In this document: one piece after another, positions 28,301 through 43,600 of the stretch | Numbering within the stretch: the first letter of the stretch is position 1 | How the letters are laid out: every line of letters begins with the position of its first letter | Source: Tubiluchus corallicola | Taxonomy: Eukaryota > Animalia > Priapulida | DNA length: 64,000 bases | Direction of reading: 5' to 3' | Assembly: GCA_030141605.1 (NCBI GenBank) | Contig: JAQGDQ010000068.1 | Span: 496,001 to 560,000 of the forward strand | Notes under the pieces: generated by a model | Told to the model about the DNA's origin: nothing | Database searches by the model: none | Seen by the model: only the letters and a program-made list of their open reading frames with translations | Made by a program: the position numbers and the translations under genes

Positions 28301-31300
28301 CAGAATAATTCCGGAACGACTAATGATCCACTGAGGGCGATCCCTTGCAGAGTCAAGGCCTATAGATGAGTGATTGGTTATTTAAGTACCGTAATATATT
28401 TGGCCTCGCTCAATTTACTCAGGCTCAAAAAATAAATCGTCAGCGGAGATGTCTAGTTCTTCTTAAACGAGGTTTTATAAGTCATTAATCATGTATAGGT
28501 AAGCGATAGATGTGTGACTAACCTGCCTAATGGCTTCATTAATCTAATTGCACGATTAATTTGCTTGATTCAACAGGTTCGCTAAATTATTATATAGTTG
28601 GTTGAGTATAACAGGTCACGAGTACAAACAATGTGATTCAACTGTAAAATTAAAGAATTTGATTGCTTTGCTTAAGGCCTTTTTGGTTACCACTTTTTGC
28701 TAACATAACTTCATTCAAGTTCTTATTATTATTATTGAAAATGAGTTACGCCTTGATTATTGTATAATTATTAATACTGTGAAGCAGATAGATTCACGAA
28801 ATATTATGCTTATAAATGTAAATAAAAACTATACCTTGTACATTGTTGCAAAAATGTTAATTAGTGTAAATAAATCAACAATGATAACTAGTTTTGCTAC
28901 TTGCGCTCGCATTAAGGCTACATTTTTTTATACTGAATTTTTTTTGGAAATCACAAATTTCTGTGTGGTATTTCATATTTTTCTCCTTTGTTTTAAGTGA
29001 ATGACATTCAAATTTGCAGGCGTACATCGATGAATCCTTTAATCAAACTAGTCTTAGTTTTTATCTGTGCTTGATGATGTGACTGGAAAACTAAACCTTC
29101 GCAACTAGATATAAAGGAACCATTCAGTATACATTGCGACTAATAATCGTAAATTGCGAACATGCACATTGCTCTGTCATTAGCTACAAGTGAGTCCACT
29201 CCCCCGTTAATTGTCAATATAAATTCATCGTAACAGGTTTCTGTGTTGTCCAGTTTTATGCCAGTGCATGAATCATTTTCTAGACCGAATAGTTCTAAAG
29301 AAAGCAATGTGATGTCGTCTTGTAGTTACTAAAATTTATTATATAATAATTTGTTTTGGCATTAATTAGCGTTTTTTTGGAGTTCTGCACCTCTTAAATT
29401 GCATACAGAAGCTTAGACAACTTACACTGCTTCAAAATAAACGGAAAAACTAAGAAGTTAAGTCTGCTCAGTCATTAGTTGCTTGAAGACAAACTCTTTG
29501 AGTAGTGAAGCCTTAAAAAAGACAAACTGTCTGAGTAGTGCAGCCTTACGGATAGTGGCAAAATATGCACTCACGTGCTAGCGTTAAATACGTGTTACAG
29601 AATATCAGTCTTTTTAGCAGCAGAAACATGAAGTTGAAAATTACACTCATTAGGTAATTATACGTACCATAATGATTACCTTCTTCTCATTAGGTAATTA
29701 TACGTACCATAATGATTACCCTCTTCTCTTCATACAGTTATTATAAAATTCTGAATACCTCGATCTTGCAAGGCCAAAAGCTAAATTTACGCTCCCAAAT
29801 AAATCAATTCGATATCTAGCCTCACTGTTTATTTCGTAAAACGCCAACGTGTGTTAGAAATCTTGCCAGTGTTTTTATCACGGCTTTTGCCTATACAAAA
29901 CTGGCAACTGTTTTACAGAGTAAGATGTTAAAGTTTTGTGCCCGTATAGCACAGTTAGAGTCTCCCTGACCATGAATGTAATAACGTTTAGTTATTTCTC
30001 GAATATTCTTTGGCCATGACTCTTCGCTGTATCTTTTAGTGGCAGTGACGTACATGTATTTGTCGTTTCGCTCCCTGGTTACGGAATGTCAGATAATTAC
30101 ATCAGATAAGGAAGCCAACAAGATGGAAACCCTAGCCTCCGGCTTAATGAAGCAAATCTAATAGGCAAATCGAAAATTTTTGATGTTTAACTGCTTAAAG
30201 ACTTTTGGTTGCTTTGAAATTGTTGTGTAGTATTTTAACTGACGGCAGTTTTAAGCAGCCTACACGACTGTCAAACATTCAAATTGTTTTAGATTTCATG
30301 TAATTTGCGTCTTCGTGTCACATACGTTCTGTGTAAATGCTCCTGTAACAATTTGACTGGCATGTATTTATAAATAACGACTTGTAGTGTGAATGTCATG
30401 AAAAATTTTGCATTTTTCGTCAAAAGTTTGTCATCTTAACAATTAACAATACAACAAGATGCACCTTTGTGCTTGCTTTTCGTTCTGTTAGAGTCTGTTA
30501 CGATCCTTTAATAGAGCAAAAATGATTATATGAACAGAAATCTTACAAACAAGCAAACGGTGAAGAGAGTTTCGTAAAATGGAAGAATTTGAAAAATAAC
30601 ATTTTTTGTTTTGTTTTACCTTAGAAATTGTAAGTACATGCTCATCGGGGCTTAGTTTACAAAAATCTCAAAAACTTATGAATGCAATCTTATAATCCTA
30701 TTACAACAAGGAAAGATGCAGCAGTTTTAGATTTTAACAACAATTCTGCATTAGTTTTGGTGTTTTTTGTGTAACTGCTGAAATGTGATTTAGACTTGCA
30801 CTTATTTTTGTAATCCCCAAAATTAGGAATGAAATAAGTTCATTTTTATTGTATATTAAAACTGAGTTCTGTAATTTATTATACTTTTTATAATTTATAA
30901 TTATAATTTTATAACTAATATTTTATAACTATAAAATTATAATTATTCTGTATTTTACTAGGATAAATAATTTAAACAAGTTACCTGTACTAGTAACCTG
31001 CATTTGCATTTCCCTTTCAGAATTCAAGTTAAAAAGGCTTTATTTGCCATTTTTGTTTGTTTGAACTGGTTATTCCCTTTTCTGCAACAATCTGTAACAC
31101 ATTTTTCCTGATCTCAATCAATACCTCAGCTATTCATGCATCATGTGCAATGCCTTAAGCGAAAACTAGACTGCTCACAATGCCAACTTTCCATTGCCGG
31201 TGTTAAACGTGTAACAGCATCTTCTAATCAAGTTCCCTTGTTTTCATGCTCATTTTTTTTGATTACTTGAAAATTTTTAGTATAGTAATTCTTGGACAAT

Positions 31301-34300
31301 TTTAGTCCCCACAGGCAACATACCAAATCTTGACCCTTTTGCTGTTTTCTTCTTACAAACATAACTCTTAACTCTTTCTCATCAAAGCTTGATTTTATCT
31401 GAAAGGCTGCGCAATACTTGTAAAAAATAATCACCGAATCTCGACCACTCAAGGTCAACTCCTGCATCCTAACTTTTGATGAGCAGGTAACTCCATATTC
31501 CGTATTTGTGGCAAAGACGAAAACCTAGTAACTCCATGTTCCGTATTTGTGGCAAAGACAAAAACCTAGTAACTCCATAGCCTGCCAGACACCCCTTTGT
31601 ACCCAGTTATTCACCACAGTTGTTACCATATTTTTTAATAAAAAATGTATAACATGGAGAAATTGCAAGTATTGCATGGCACAGGTATACTTATTACAAA
31701 TTTTAAGTCTAAAATTCGGGTTTTATTGACACTGAATGTAAAAAAAAATCACAAGAAAGGGAATACAAAACATTTCAGATGCCCCACTGCTAACCACACT
31801 CCTTTAGCTACAGGATTCTTGTTGTCCAGTCCTTCAAGCATCAAAGGTGAGGATTTGCTGGCATGCTTTATTAATTATAGGTTTAGGTGGAGTAACTAGC
31901 TTTTCTGGAGTTACTACATTTGGGAAAGATACTAGGTAACTTTAAATATTTTTTTAAGAAACAATAAAGCTGTATTATAAAAAAAACAATCAGGTTTACA
32001 TGTGTAGAATTATGCAAAGAATACACTGGCGTAAAAACCTTGAGCAGTTTGGTCAGAAATGGAAACTAGGTTTGTTCTTGAAATGTAAAAACTCTTTGAT
32101 GCTAAGGATCTACACCGTTGTTGAAAATAACAGATATAAAGAACGCGTAGCTGTTTCATATATTGCATCTAGAGCATTCCATGTACTAAGATTATTTTTG
32201 TTACCATGTGGTTTCATTTAAAGAAGCCTCTTTTAATGATTTAGTTCTGTCTAGAAAGCCTGCTGACTTAGTGTTCCCAAGTGCAATCGTAATGCATTTG
32301 TGGATGATCAACCTTAGTTATCTTTGTGATATTTCCACCTAATTAGGTTCGAGATCCCTGGCTGTATAGAATATCTGGACAAGAAGTTTTTAACAAGAGT
32401 CATCCTCATTGCACACCTTTATGCTTGAAGCAGAATCATGAATTTGCTAGATTAATTTTTTTTAGTTCTTCGGCTGGTTTTAAACTGTATTCGCCTTTGT
32501 TTTCAATGTGCAACTAGAAGAGTTATCTCTTTCATACTCAAATGTTTTTGTGCAGTAGTGGTCATGCTAAGTATCTGTTACTTTCTTTTGGCTGCAGTTT
32601 ATTACAACATTGTCTTTTGTGAGTGCTTTGCTGATCAGATTTGCCGATCTGTCAAGACCAACAAAACCTTTCTGCTTGTCAAAGTTACTCTGTTAAGGAG
32701 ATCCAAATGATACTTTTTTAGAAACTGAGCATATTAATAAAACTTTAGAGCACTGGGAGACGGCATGTATTTAATAATCCTCGAGACATCCAATGTTTTC
32801 TATGGTCTGCAATGCAATGTCCTTGTCAAGTTATCGTGTATGTGTTATATATATATATATATCAAGTTGATCCTGCAATTTTTTGCTCATCACGTGCATT
32901 TATCTCTAATTTGTAGAAATTAAAATTTTGTGCTGACAAGATGTTTTTCCTTCTTAATTACTGACAGTTTGATAGTAACTCATTTTGCTGCTGCTGCTTG
33001 TAGTTTTGCCTTAGGTTTCGCTAGGGCTGCTTATCTGTGCTATCTGTTATCACCAATTTGTTTCCCTGATGATTACCTATCTTACAAGGAACATTTGCAG
33101 TTACTATCTGTCACTACCAAATTAGTAATAAGAATTCTAATTTTCTGGATCTGAATTTATATTCTTATGTTCGACCCTGTGTGGCGAGTTGAGCTTAAAA
33201 TATTTTGTTACTATAAAAAATGATAAATTTCAAAAATGTCACATTTTGGCTTAGTGGAAAGAGAATAACAATTTCAAGTGAAAACTTATAGTATTTAAAA
33301 GATACGTTTTTCACATAACTGACCACTATATCGTTCCTTTGCTTAGCTACAAGCTAAGACAGAATGTTTGTGGTGGTAGCAGTAACATGCAGATGTCTTT
33401 ATGGGTGCTTTTTTTGCACACAAAACTCCTACAATCACATATGCATTCTTGCTTTTTTGTTTTTCTGTGCATCTGGTTTTGTTTAAGAATGGTGATTGTT
33501 ATGGTGATACTACACAAAGCAGATCTGTGTTGTAGTCTATAGTTTTTTTATTGTTTGTTTAAGAATGGTGATTATTATGGTGATACTACACAAAGCAGAT
33601 CTGTGTTGTAGTCTATAGTTTTTTATTGTTTGTTTAAGAATGGTGATTATTATGGTGATACTACACAAAGCAGATCTGTGTTGTAGTCTATAGTTTTTTT
33701 ATAACTACAAGATTTTGTATTTTTCACTTATCTGATTGGTTCAGATATGACGAGATGCAACTTATTGTGACATAACAATATTTTATAATTATTAATGATG
33801 CATTAACATGATGCCATTTTTCTCATTTCCTTTAGGCGCAGCTACTGTAACAAAATCGGAGTCATTTATTAGCTTCGAAGAAGCACTTTCTTGCTTTCGC
33901 TCACGGGACCTGAAAGAAGAATTGGTAACTTGCACATCCGTTGTTTGTTGTTTTTTATGTTATTAAACAACCTTAACAAATACGGCAGATTCAACTGCTT
34001 TTGTGCTGTGCTTTGTAAAAATGAAACTGCTTTCATCTACACAGTGGAGATCGCAGTCCACTTTAATGAGTTCCTCTTGTCAACTCTAAACATCAAACTG
34101 GCTTTTCAGAAAAATTTGAATGATGTTTCACTTCCCTGTATAACTTAAGCATGACATGCTTTGAAGTTGCATCTGTCAGCTTCAGGCATCTGTGGAATAC
34201 AGTACAGTTCAGTACAATACAATGCAATGCAATACTGTACATTACATTACAATGCAATATAATAGAATACAATACAATACACTATAATACAATGCTGTAA

Positions 34301-37300
34301 AACACAGGACAACATAACACAACACAATGCAAGTACGAGTTAATGCACTCCAAAATTAAACTAGATTATAGTTCTAACATGATTTAATAATATTTCATTA
34401 AAAACTATGTTAATATTACTAATAATTATCTTTACACCCCTATAGTATCTCAGGATACACATTTAGAGAACCAAAGAAATACTGAGAAAGCCAGTAAAAT
34501 GAGCAGTCTTTCAGTTTTTTTTATCTTGGATCTGCTAAGTTATTTCCCACAGTAATCATTAAAACCTGAACAAGTTTACTCTGCAGTAATATAGCAATCA
34601 TTTTAAAAGCAAGGTAATAATGGACAAAAATGATTCGTGGCAAAGGAAATTCTTATTTTCTTGAGTCGCTCCAAAAACAATCATAAGCTGCCAGATTGGT
34701 GTGAAAGTTGTAAATATGGCAGGGATTTTATTCGACGTGAAGGCTTTATTTTATTCCCCTCAGAGCAGCAGATGTCCATTAATGTTACTGCTCAGCACGC
34801 ATAAACTGCAAAGCAGCTCTTTCTTTATTATATATGGTGCACTTAAAGGAGTTTGAAAATTTTACCTTACATATTTTACAAAGTTTATAAAAAAACTGAC
34901 AAATCTTATGACTTGCCTGCATTCATGTTGATAATTCGTGTATTATAATAATGATCAACAATAATGGTGATAATAATATTGATCTGTGATTAAGTAATTA
35001 TAATGACAGTGATGATGCTAATGAGGCTGACGATGGCGATTAGCAACCAGTCGTGGTTCAGTGGCAGGGTGCACCAAGTCTTAACTCCTTCAGAACCATA
35101 AGCATTTGCTGCATTTTGCATGGGTTCTTGAAAAACTGCTCTCTCTAAGCAGCATTTACTTTATACTTGATAATTTTTGCAGGTCTCTACTCCTCACACA
35201 ATGGGCTTTCATGCAAAAATATATACGAAATGCTTTCGCTTACCTTAGAGAAATTAAAAATCGATTGTTTATAAAGAAAATGAAAAAAATTCAGCAACCA
35301 CAATGTTTGCGCTGTAACAAATGTACAGTATCACTTGTGTGAAATCGATTAGTGCAGAAATTTTCAACTATCCAGACGGAACACTCTGGTACACTTTCGC
35401 CACAGTCTACTCTATTTTTAAGGAGAAACTGTCATTAAAAGTTGAGTCCTTGGCTGATCGTTTGGTTTTTCCTGTAATGGCAGCGAACTTAGGTTGTTGC
35501 AAGCAGGCAATCAATTAAATAGTGTGTACGATCACACAAGTGTACACCAGACTAAGCTACTCGGTAGGCTAAGTTGGAGTGCCTGAAAAGGGTGTGTTTT
35601 TCTCAGTTTTAAATGCTTAAACAAATAGCATAATTGGATAGCCGAGATTTCCTTGAATCAAACAGTACCTAATTTATAGTAATTTAGTTCCCGTATATAC
35701 TCGCATATAAGCCGAATTTAGAACTATAAAATACAGTACTGAAATCAGGGGGTCGGCTTATATGCGCATGAAACAAAATGAACACAAGGACAGACACTAA
35801 TGCCAATTTTCCAGCCACACATTTTCATCGCTATCTGACTCTTTATTTGGTTGTGTGTCACCCAATGTATAATTTCTTCTAGTATGTAACATAAAAGTAA
35901 GCATTTTACATCTTTATAGTAAAAGATTTCTATGAACCAAAAATACCCAATTAACAAAATGTGACAAAAGGGATCAATTTTGTTGATTGGGTATGGAGTA
36001 AAATTAGACAAGTTGATGGTCGGCTTATATACGGGTTTTTGCAAAAACTGGCCATTTTAAAGCACTTTTAGGGGGTCGGCTTATATGCGATGTAGGCTTA
36101 TATGCGAGTATATACGGTATGTCTGTGCTCATACAGTAGCAGAAAAGTCATAGGTCTTACAAGACCTATTTCGATTGGCGCGGTCCTGAAGGAGATGGTT
36201 GTGACGAGACCAAAATTTATTTCATCATGAAGGATAATCTTCTGTGAACTGGATCAGCGGAAGTGTCTTATATCCTCGGATACACATTCATTATCCAGTA
36301 TAGTGCTTTATGACAAAATGTCAGGTGAATGCTCCCAGAAGCAATTTACCTGATGATCACATCTATTTGCAGCCTAATATATGTTCACTGTGGCTACTTA
36401 TCAATCCCTTTAACCAATATACCTTGAAAGTGGAGTTATTTATTATTAATAATTTTTACAGAGTCAGATAAAGCCAACAGTACATAGGAATCTCTTGGGT
36501 CGAATACGACATTTCCTGTTTGGCACCCGCCTGAGGCCTGATCTTCATAACGAAAGAAACTTTGTCTTCGCTTTGGGGATATGTAAGTGAGCATTTCATG
36601 AGCAAGTGCATGTTGTGCATTTTTATTCTAACTAAGCTACAACTCACTTGCAGTAATAATGCAGTGTATGCATAATTGATGAGCAGTGTAAACTTGCAGC
36701 CATTACTACCTACAACTGCAGTAATATACAGTATGTTATGTTATCTTTAGCAACATGCTGTGTTTTACATTGAAGCAAAGAAAATATTTATTAAAAGCTA
36801 GCATTTATGTTCAAAATTCTTTTATTCAAAATCTTGCATGACATTTCACCATCTTTGTTTTTTGTAGCATACTCCAAAACTAAGTACCTTTGAGAGTTTA
36901 CCTATATTTTATACAGTTGCAAACTGTCTTCATTAAAAGTCATGAACGTAAAAAAAGCAGTGCTTTTTATCTTTTTCTTGAGAAAATAATATTTTCTAAG
37001 CCTACTTTGTCTCCATTCTTTCTTAAATACATGATATACAAGCACAACAATGTATGCCTTATATATATATATATATAAATATATATAAATATATAAATGC
37101 CTTATATGTCTGTATTTCAGTATATGCATTTTGATGCTTCATTCTCGAAAACATGATCTGTTTTGCTGTCACTGATTTGTCTGAAAAACGTACTTTAATG
37201 GCTGATAAAGCTGACATCCTGAACATTTGAATTGTGCATTGAAATCTGTGTCACTTGAATACACAAAGCAGTAATCATTGGTGTTGTGTGGAGTAGTGTA

Positions 37301-40300
37301 TCCCTGGACACTAAAACAGTACGATCATTTTGCTCTGTTTCGCTTGAAAATGTACCAAAATCCCTAGCCATCATCTTGTCATATTTTAAATAGGTTCTTT
37401 TGATAATGAACAGTCTGTGCATATAAGAATTCTACAAACTGTATATCGGCAACTCACTGGAGATAGGGTGGACTGCCCTCGCTATGGTAGCCACTGGGAA
37501 CAAATAGGTTTTCAAGGTAGGTCTGTGTATGTTTGAGATTAACCATATTAAAGTAAATATAAATGTTGTAAATCCATGGTGGACATTACTTGTCACGATA
37601 GACAAATTGTATTGTTTACCTTATACATTTTTATAGCTTGGTAAAAAAAATATACATAGCAAAGCAGATCACAACAAAAAAAGCATTGTGTCTCTTGCAT
37701 TTTTGCCGTGACCTTTTTTGCTGCTGTATGTCATTATCTTTTACAATATGTGACAAATAATCAATGGATTTGACACATTCAAAACGTCTCAACCTTGTGC
37801 TAATAACTAATGTCACTTATTATTACAAAAATTGTTATTTAGTCTAAAAATAACTGCCTAAAACTTCATTCATTCAAGCAATCATTTTTGATTGTTGCCA
37901 GTAGAAGATCTATTTTAATTCACTTATTACAGTAATAGAGAGTTGTAGATTTGACTTAATTAGTTAACAGCTTATACTTGACTGAGACGAAGATCACAAA
38001 TTTATCCACCTTTATGCTCAATTAGAATTCATTATTGAGTTTTTTCTTCAGGTAATGACCCAGTTACTGATCTCCGAGGTATGGGAATGCTGGGATTGCT
38101 AACGGCACTCGCTTTTACAGTGAACGACAAAACCTTATTACTTGCTAAAGACATATACACGCTATCTCATCATGAAACTCAGGTATGTGACAAATTTCGA
38201 AAATTATCATAATTTATACTTAAATCAAAGTGGTATAGCTAATGCTGGAAAAATGCATTAGCTATATTGTATTATTCTTAACTTGAAAATTACATTATTC
38301 GGTTAGTTAGCAATTTCCCGTTTTTATGCCATCCCACAGTGCAAAAACCTGCATTTTCTGGCCAATTATAGTGTGTAGAATCATAAATAATACTTGCTGC
38401 TTGAAATGGAATGACATAGATAAATTGCTTTTAGCCAGCAATGTATTGCTGCACTGCTTTGCTAGAAGAACAGTGAAAAAGAGTGCGTGCTGTCAGTTTT
38501 GAGAACAATATTTGTGCAAACTACAACACAAATATAATAAGACAAAAAATGAAAACTTGCAGATATTTAATTCACCTTAAATCTATTTTCTCACATTATA
38601 ATGTGGAGTAAAATTAGTTGACCATCATTCAAATTTTATTGTCACCACTCATTATTATCACTGTTACCAGCAAGTAAGTCAGTAATAATTTATTACCTTT
38701 TACAAAAAACAGAACATGTAATAATTATGTAATCAAATACAAGAGTTAGTGATGATTTATAAAGGAAAAGTAAAATTGTAGCAATATAATGTTGGTTGGT
38801 GAATGGTGACGAAAGCACCACCCGGGAAGGCGTGTTACTGTTAATAAATACATTTACTGTTTTCAATGAAATGTACCAGTAGTTAATTTGTCTGGTGGAA
38901 CTCGGCATTTGAAATATTACAGTTACTTAAGTGACAGTCAATTTATATGTTTATATGGCATTTCAAATCTTACAATTACGGTTGACAATTAATTCATATA
39001 TTTATAAATCTATGAATCTATGAACTGAATGATTAGTCATATAGATTACGGTTGTAGCAATGAGAAAATAATTGGAGATGACAGATTGCAATGGTACTTT
39101 CATAAACATAATACTGCAATGCATCCTCATCATTATCGCCTTCATATTCATGTTTGACTACTTATCAGAAATTTAAAATTATACTGTGGGGTAAGGCAGG
39201 GAGCTCAGCGATCGTATGCTGTTTGCTAAGCAGTGCTAGGTCAAGCTGGTAAGTAGGTGGGTGACTGCTGGGAAAACTGCGAAGTGTTTTCGTCTGCCAT
39301 TTGCTAGACGAGTGACAACCTCATCGAGATAATAACATATACATCCAAATGTGTCTAGGGCACATCTATCGGTTCAGTGTCTCATCTCAGAGTGTTTTCT
39401 TTCCATAATGTAATAGGTTTCGGTCCTGTTAAATCTGAAAATTAGTATAGTCTACTCTTTATGCTGGATCTCACCTTGTAGCGGTTTACCAAAGTAGAGA
39501 AAATACTGAACAGACGATGTTGTGCGTATTTTTAACCCACTCAAGTTCAAAATACACATCATGACTCATTCAAGATTAAAATACTCAAAAAATAGAATTG
39601 ATTTTGCTAAGTAAAAAACAAAGGTTATTTGCATATTTCCACCTCTGAGAATATTCAGGCTTCTATCAATTCATTCTTATTTCATATTTTAAATAATAAA
39701 CAATAGTAACAACCAATTCAGCTGAAATTATAATTTTAATTTCGCCATAATGTATTTTAGAATTTTCCATTTTTTGTGATGAGCATAAACATAACAAGGA
39801 TAGCAGTTCAAGCGTTACGAGAAGACTGCCTCAACAAGTAAGTAACAAGTAGCAACATTGACATTAGATATCCCCTTGAGTGAATCCCAGCCATTTCGTT
39901 TTACGATTTTTCAGCTTTCTCCATTTCACTGCAAATGTTTCGTGTTAGCAAATAAAACAGTCATAATTATGATGTTGGCCGTAAGGAATTGCAAGAATAA
40001 TTGTCAGCAGGGGCAGTGAGAAGAAATTCTCTCTTTGAAGCACAGGTTAATTATTTTCTGTACAAGTTGAGTTAGAGACTTTGTTAAGTTGAAGTCTTTT
40101 GGATGTTCAAAGGGCAAACACACATGGACAAACACACACTTGACTAAAAGGGATGTCTGCTTAATTTACATCTTTGCCACTAAAATTTTCATTAATAAAT
40201 GAGGATTTGGAGTTGATTAAAGTCACACATGTTGTAATTTCATTAACACGTGTAAAATTTCATCTTATGTCACATTTTTACTATTTTCGAAATTGATTAT

Positions 40301-40653
40301 TTGTTTATTATTTTTCAAACTTATTGTATAAACAACATTTTCTTGCAAACTAATAGAACTTTTGAACCTTGCATGAAACATTTTCACGTACGGAACCATA
40401 TTGTTAAAAATCAAAATTGTAAAATATGTGTAGCTTGAGCATAAAATATGAATTTATTCTATAATATTTAATAAAATGTATGGATTTGCTTGTGAATAAT
40501 TTGCTTGTAGTTCATTTCCTTATCTTTAAACTTAATAGGACTTTCTTTGCTTGATTGCTTCAAAATGAAATGCAATACTGCGACATTTCTTAACCATGGT
40601 AAGAAGCAGTTTAACTGGGTGTTACTAATCAGCTCATTATTATGTATGTTATA

Positions 40654-40688
<35 letters not shown>

Positions 40689-43600
40689 TATTATCTTCAC
40701 AGATAAGATGTTTTCTGTGTTTGTTGGATGTTTGTCTCAGAATTTGCATTTACTCAGAATGTTTTGTTCTAGAGAGTGCAACAGACAGCATGATGTGATG
40801 TCAGCACTGAACACTTTTTACATGGGAACTTTTCTACATTTATACCAAATATGGAAGCTGCAACATAAGACAATAAAAGACTCTGGTTTTGTACTGAAAG
40901 GTTAATATACTATCTGCATTAATTCTTGGAAATTAAGTAAAAAAACTAAAGATTTTGAGGCCATATTAGACACTAAAAGTCAAGAAATTAGTGTTGCTTA
41001 GTTCTCTAAGGTAATTGTTTGATTGTACTTGATTTTTCAAACTTGACTGAAAAGAATGAAATGTGAAAATGTTATGACTAAGGCTTGATTTGAACCACAG
41101 TCCTTTGGCTTACACGTCCAGCACCATGTAATGTTTTCTTTCAAAACTCTTTAATTATAGGTTCATTTTATCATTAACCATGACCTTGAAAGTAAGATTA
41201 TAAATGACCGTTGTCTTGTTGGTTTTACATTTTTTCATAATTGTTATAATTGTTACATATTTAGTCAAATAGCAATTTATTGCACTCATAAAAAACTTCA
41301 TGTTTGGAACTTTCAGCTTGTGAAAAGCCAATGAAAAATCATTGGTAGTATCAGTTTATTATTCAAGTGCTCATATACCTGTGCCATCTCTATCTGCAAT
41401 ATAGTGTGTCAATTTCAAAGGCGGCCACTATGATCAACTAAACTGTCAGTCAATTAGTATAATTAAGTTGTCAGAAATAAAGACTTTAATTGTTATTTTA
41501 AAAATGTTTTAATCGAAAAAGGGGAGAGCTAGACTGGTGCTTAAAAATTGCCCCATGTTCAAAAACGTAATCTTCGTTTTGCGGGACCCAAACAAATGTG
41601 AAATTGTTAGTACTACATCTTTCTACATAGTTGTAATGTTTAGCTGAATAAAAACCAGGAACAGAAGATTAAAATGTGCATAATTTAAGCAGAATTACCT
41701 CATGATATTTTCAATGATTTAGATAGTTTTTGGCCTATTGCATGGTAACAATAAATGGCCTAGCAACGTTTTAGTAAGATAGAATTAGTACCTGAAATGG
41801 TAAACATAGCAACTAAGCTACTAAAAATTGCATTATGAATTAAATGTTTACTTTAATACTATGTAATATAACAGTAGACCATACCTAGTTATGTGGACCT
41901 CGCAGTATTAATGAGAAGTCTCTGGGAGATAACATAGCGCTGGGTAAGCTATTTTGTTGTTGCACAGATTGTGGATGTATTTTATAGACTTCGGAAGAAG
42001 CATATTAGAAATAGAATAGATAGTTCATTTAATGTGTAATTAAGCAGAACATCAGGTTAAACGATCTATAGACTTATTCATGTGGAAAGGTCACATGTTC
42101 ACTAATGAACTTGTTTGCGGGAGCAGTTCCAAGCTACTAGGGTAAGCAGTAAGAATAAACACTGTGCCTTGAGAAGGTCGACTTCTTTCCCAGAAAAGCT
42201 TTTTTCCCAGAATAGTTTTTTGCCATTTCTCAGAAATTTTTTTTCCCAGAACGGTCATTTCCAAGAAAACGAGAGTCACAGAAATTCAACAAATCCTTTT
42301 TAGAGCACAATGAGATGACGCAAAATAAACAGTAGTTTATTTTAACTATGTGTATTGATTAATACCGATTATATGATAAAAAATTTGGTCAACTCGTTAA
42401 GGCAAGAAAGTAGATTTGTAACATCAGAACAATTATATAGCGAATCATGTTGATCTTTGCATATACGGAATAGTGAGTAATCACAGCGTGTGATTGGCTA
42501 CCAGAGTGAAGCAATGTTGAACCTGGCAACTGATTATCTGGGTGACTGCTTAGGAATCTCACTTTGGGGAGTTCCTTTCACTGTTATGCCGAATTATTTT
42601 GCTGATTTAGGGAGGATGTACATGCACCTGATTTTGACTGTGACAGCTCTGTCTGTTCAATATTTCGTCTCAGAGGATTATTTTGAAAATGAACTATAAA
42701 AAATCTTGTGAAGGAGCATAACTTATTGGGCAAATTTAGACCCCAACATAAGGCTCGGTGTTTTCATTTTCTAGATTGGTGCATTAAACTTTATTTCAAG
42801 TCCTTTAAAAATCACTTAAATTTGAGGTGATTATATGGCATATGATACAATGCAAATTGATTCTAATTTAATACTAAAATTTGTTACAAAGATACATTTT
42901 GTAACAACAGTTTTTAACAAACATTTTGTAACATTTTTCCAAAAAATTTAAAATAAGACTGAACTTTTAAACAGAATTAAGCCTAAAACTAATTTATCAA
43001 GATTGTGCTTTGAAATCACATTTTCAAGGCAAAATATTTTTAAAAACAAGACTGGCTGCTCAAACAGAAATAGGTCTAAAATGAATCTTTGAAGCGAACT
43101 CAGTGCTCTGACAAAACTGCCTTCTGCTGATTTTGCCAAACCTATAGCGGTGATTAAGGTAGAGTATCTGTTATCCACGTCTTTCTTGCACACGCGTTCT
43201 TATAGGTGCACCTATGTGTCCGCTTTCAATGTGTTGTCTCTGAGCCTGAAAATGATGTGCTTCATTTTCAATAAAGTGCCATAGATTTGTGTTTGCCACA
43301 TTCTGACTGTCAACAGTATTTGATATGTATTATCGTTTTCAATGATTCTGTTAATCCTTAGTTAAAGTGCTGTAAATAATTAGAAGCAAGAAGAGAGAGG
43401 GGGGTATTGAGAAAAAGGGGGAAGGAGAGAGAGGGAGAGAGAGAGAGAGGGGGGAGGGAGAACAGGGAAAGGATGAGAGTGGTTAAGGAGAGAAGGAGGT
43501 AGAGAGGGAGAGGCAAACAGAAAATAGAAACCGAATGCTTCATCCTACGAAAATAGGAGATCTAAGATCTTGCAACTAAAAACGCTATTGCGATTTTTCT

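Noticed and set aside
41075-41130. tRNA gene (GGTTCAAATC B-box on the minus strand)
   Set aside because: No cloverleaf can be formed; at most a decayed tRNA-derived SINE head, like the one near 23770
41736-41813. Cluster of X-box half sites (CATGGTAAC, CTAGCAAC, ATAGCAAC)
   Set aside because: Deep in an intron, half sites only, and such motifs are common in invertebrate repeats
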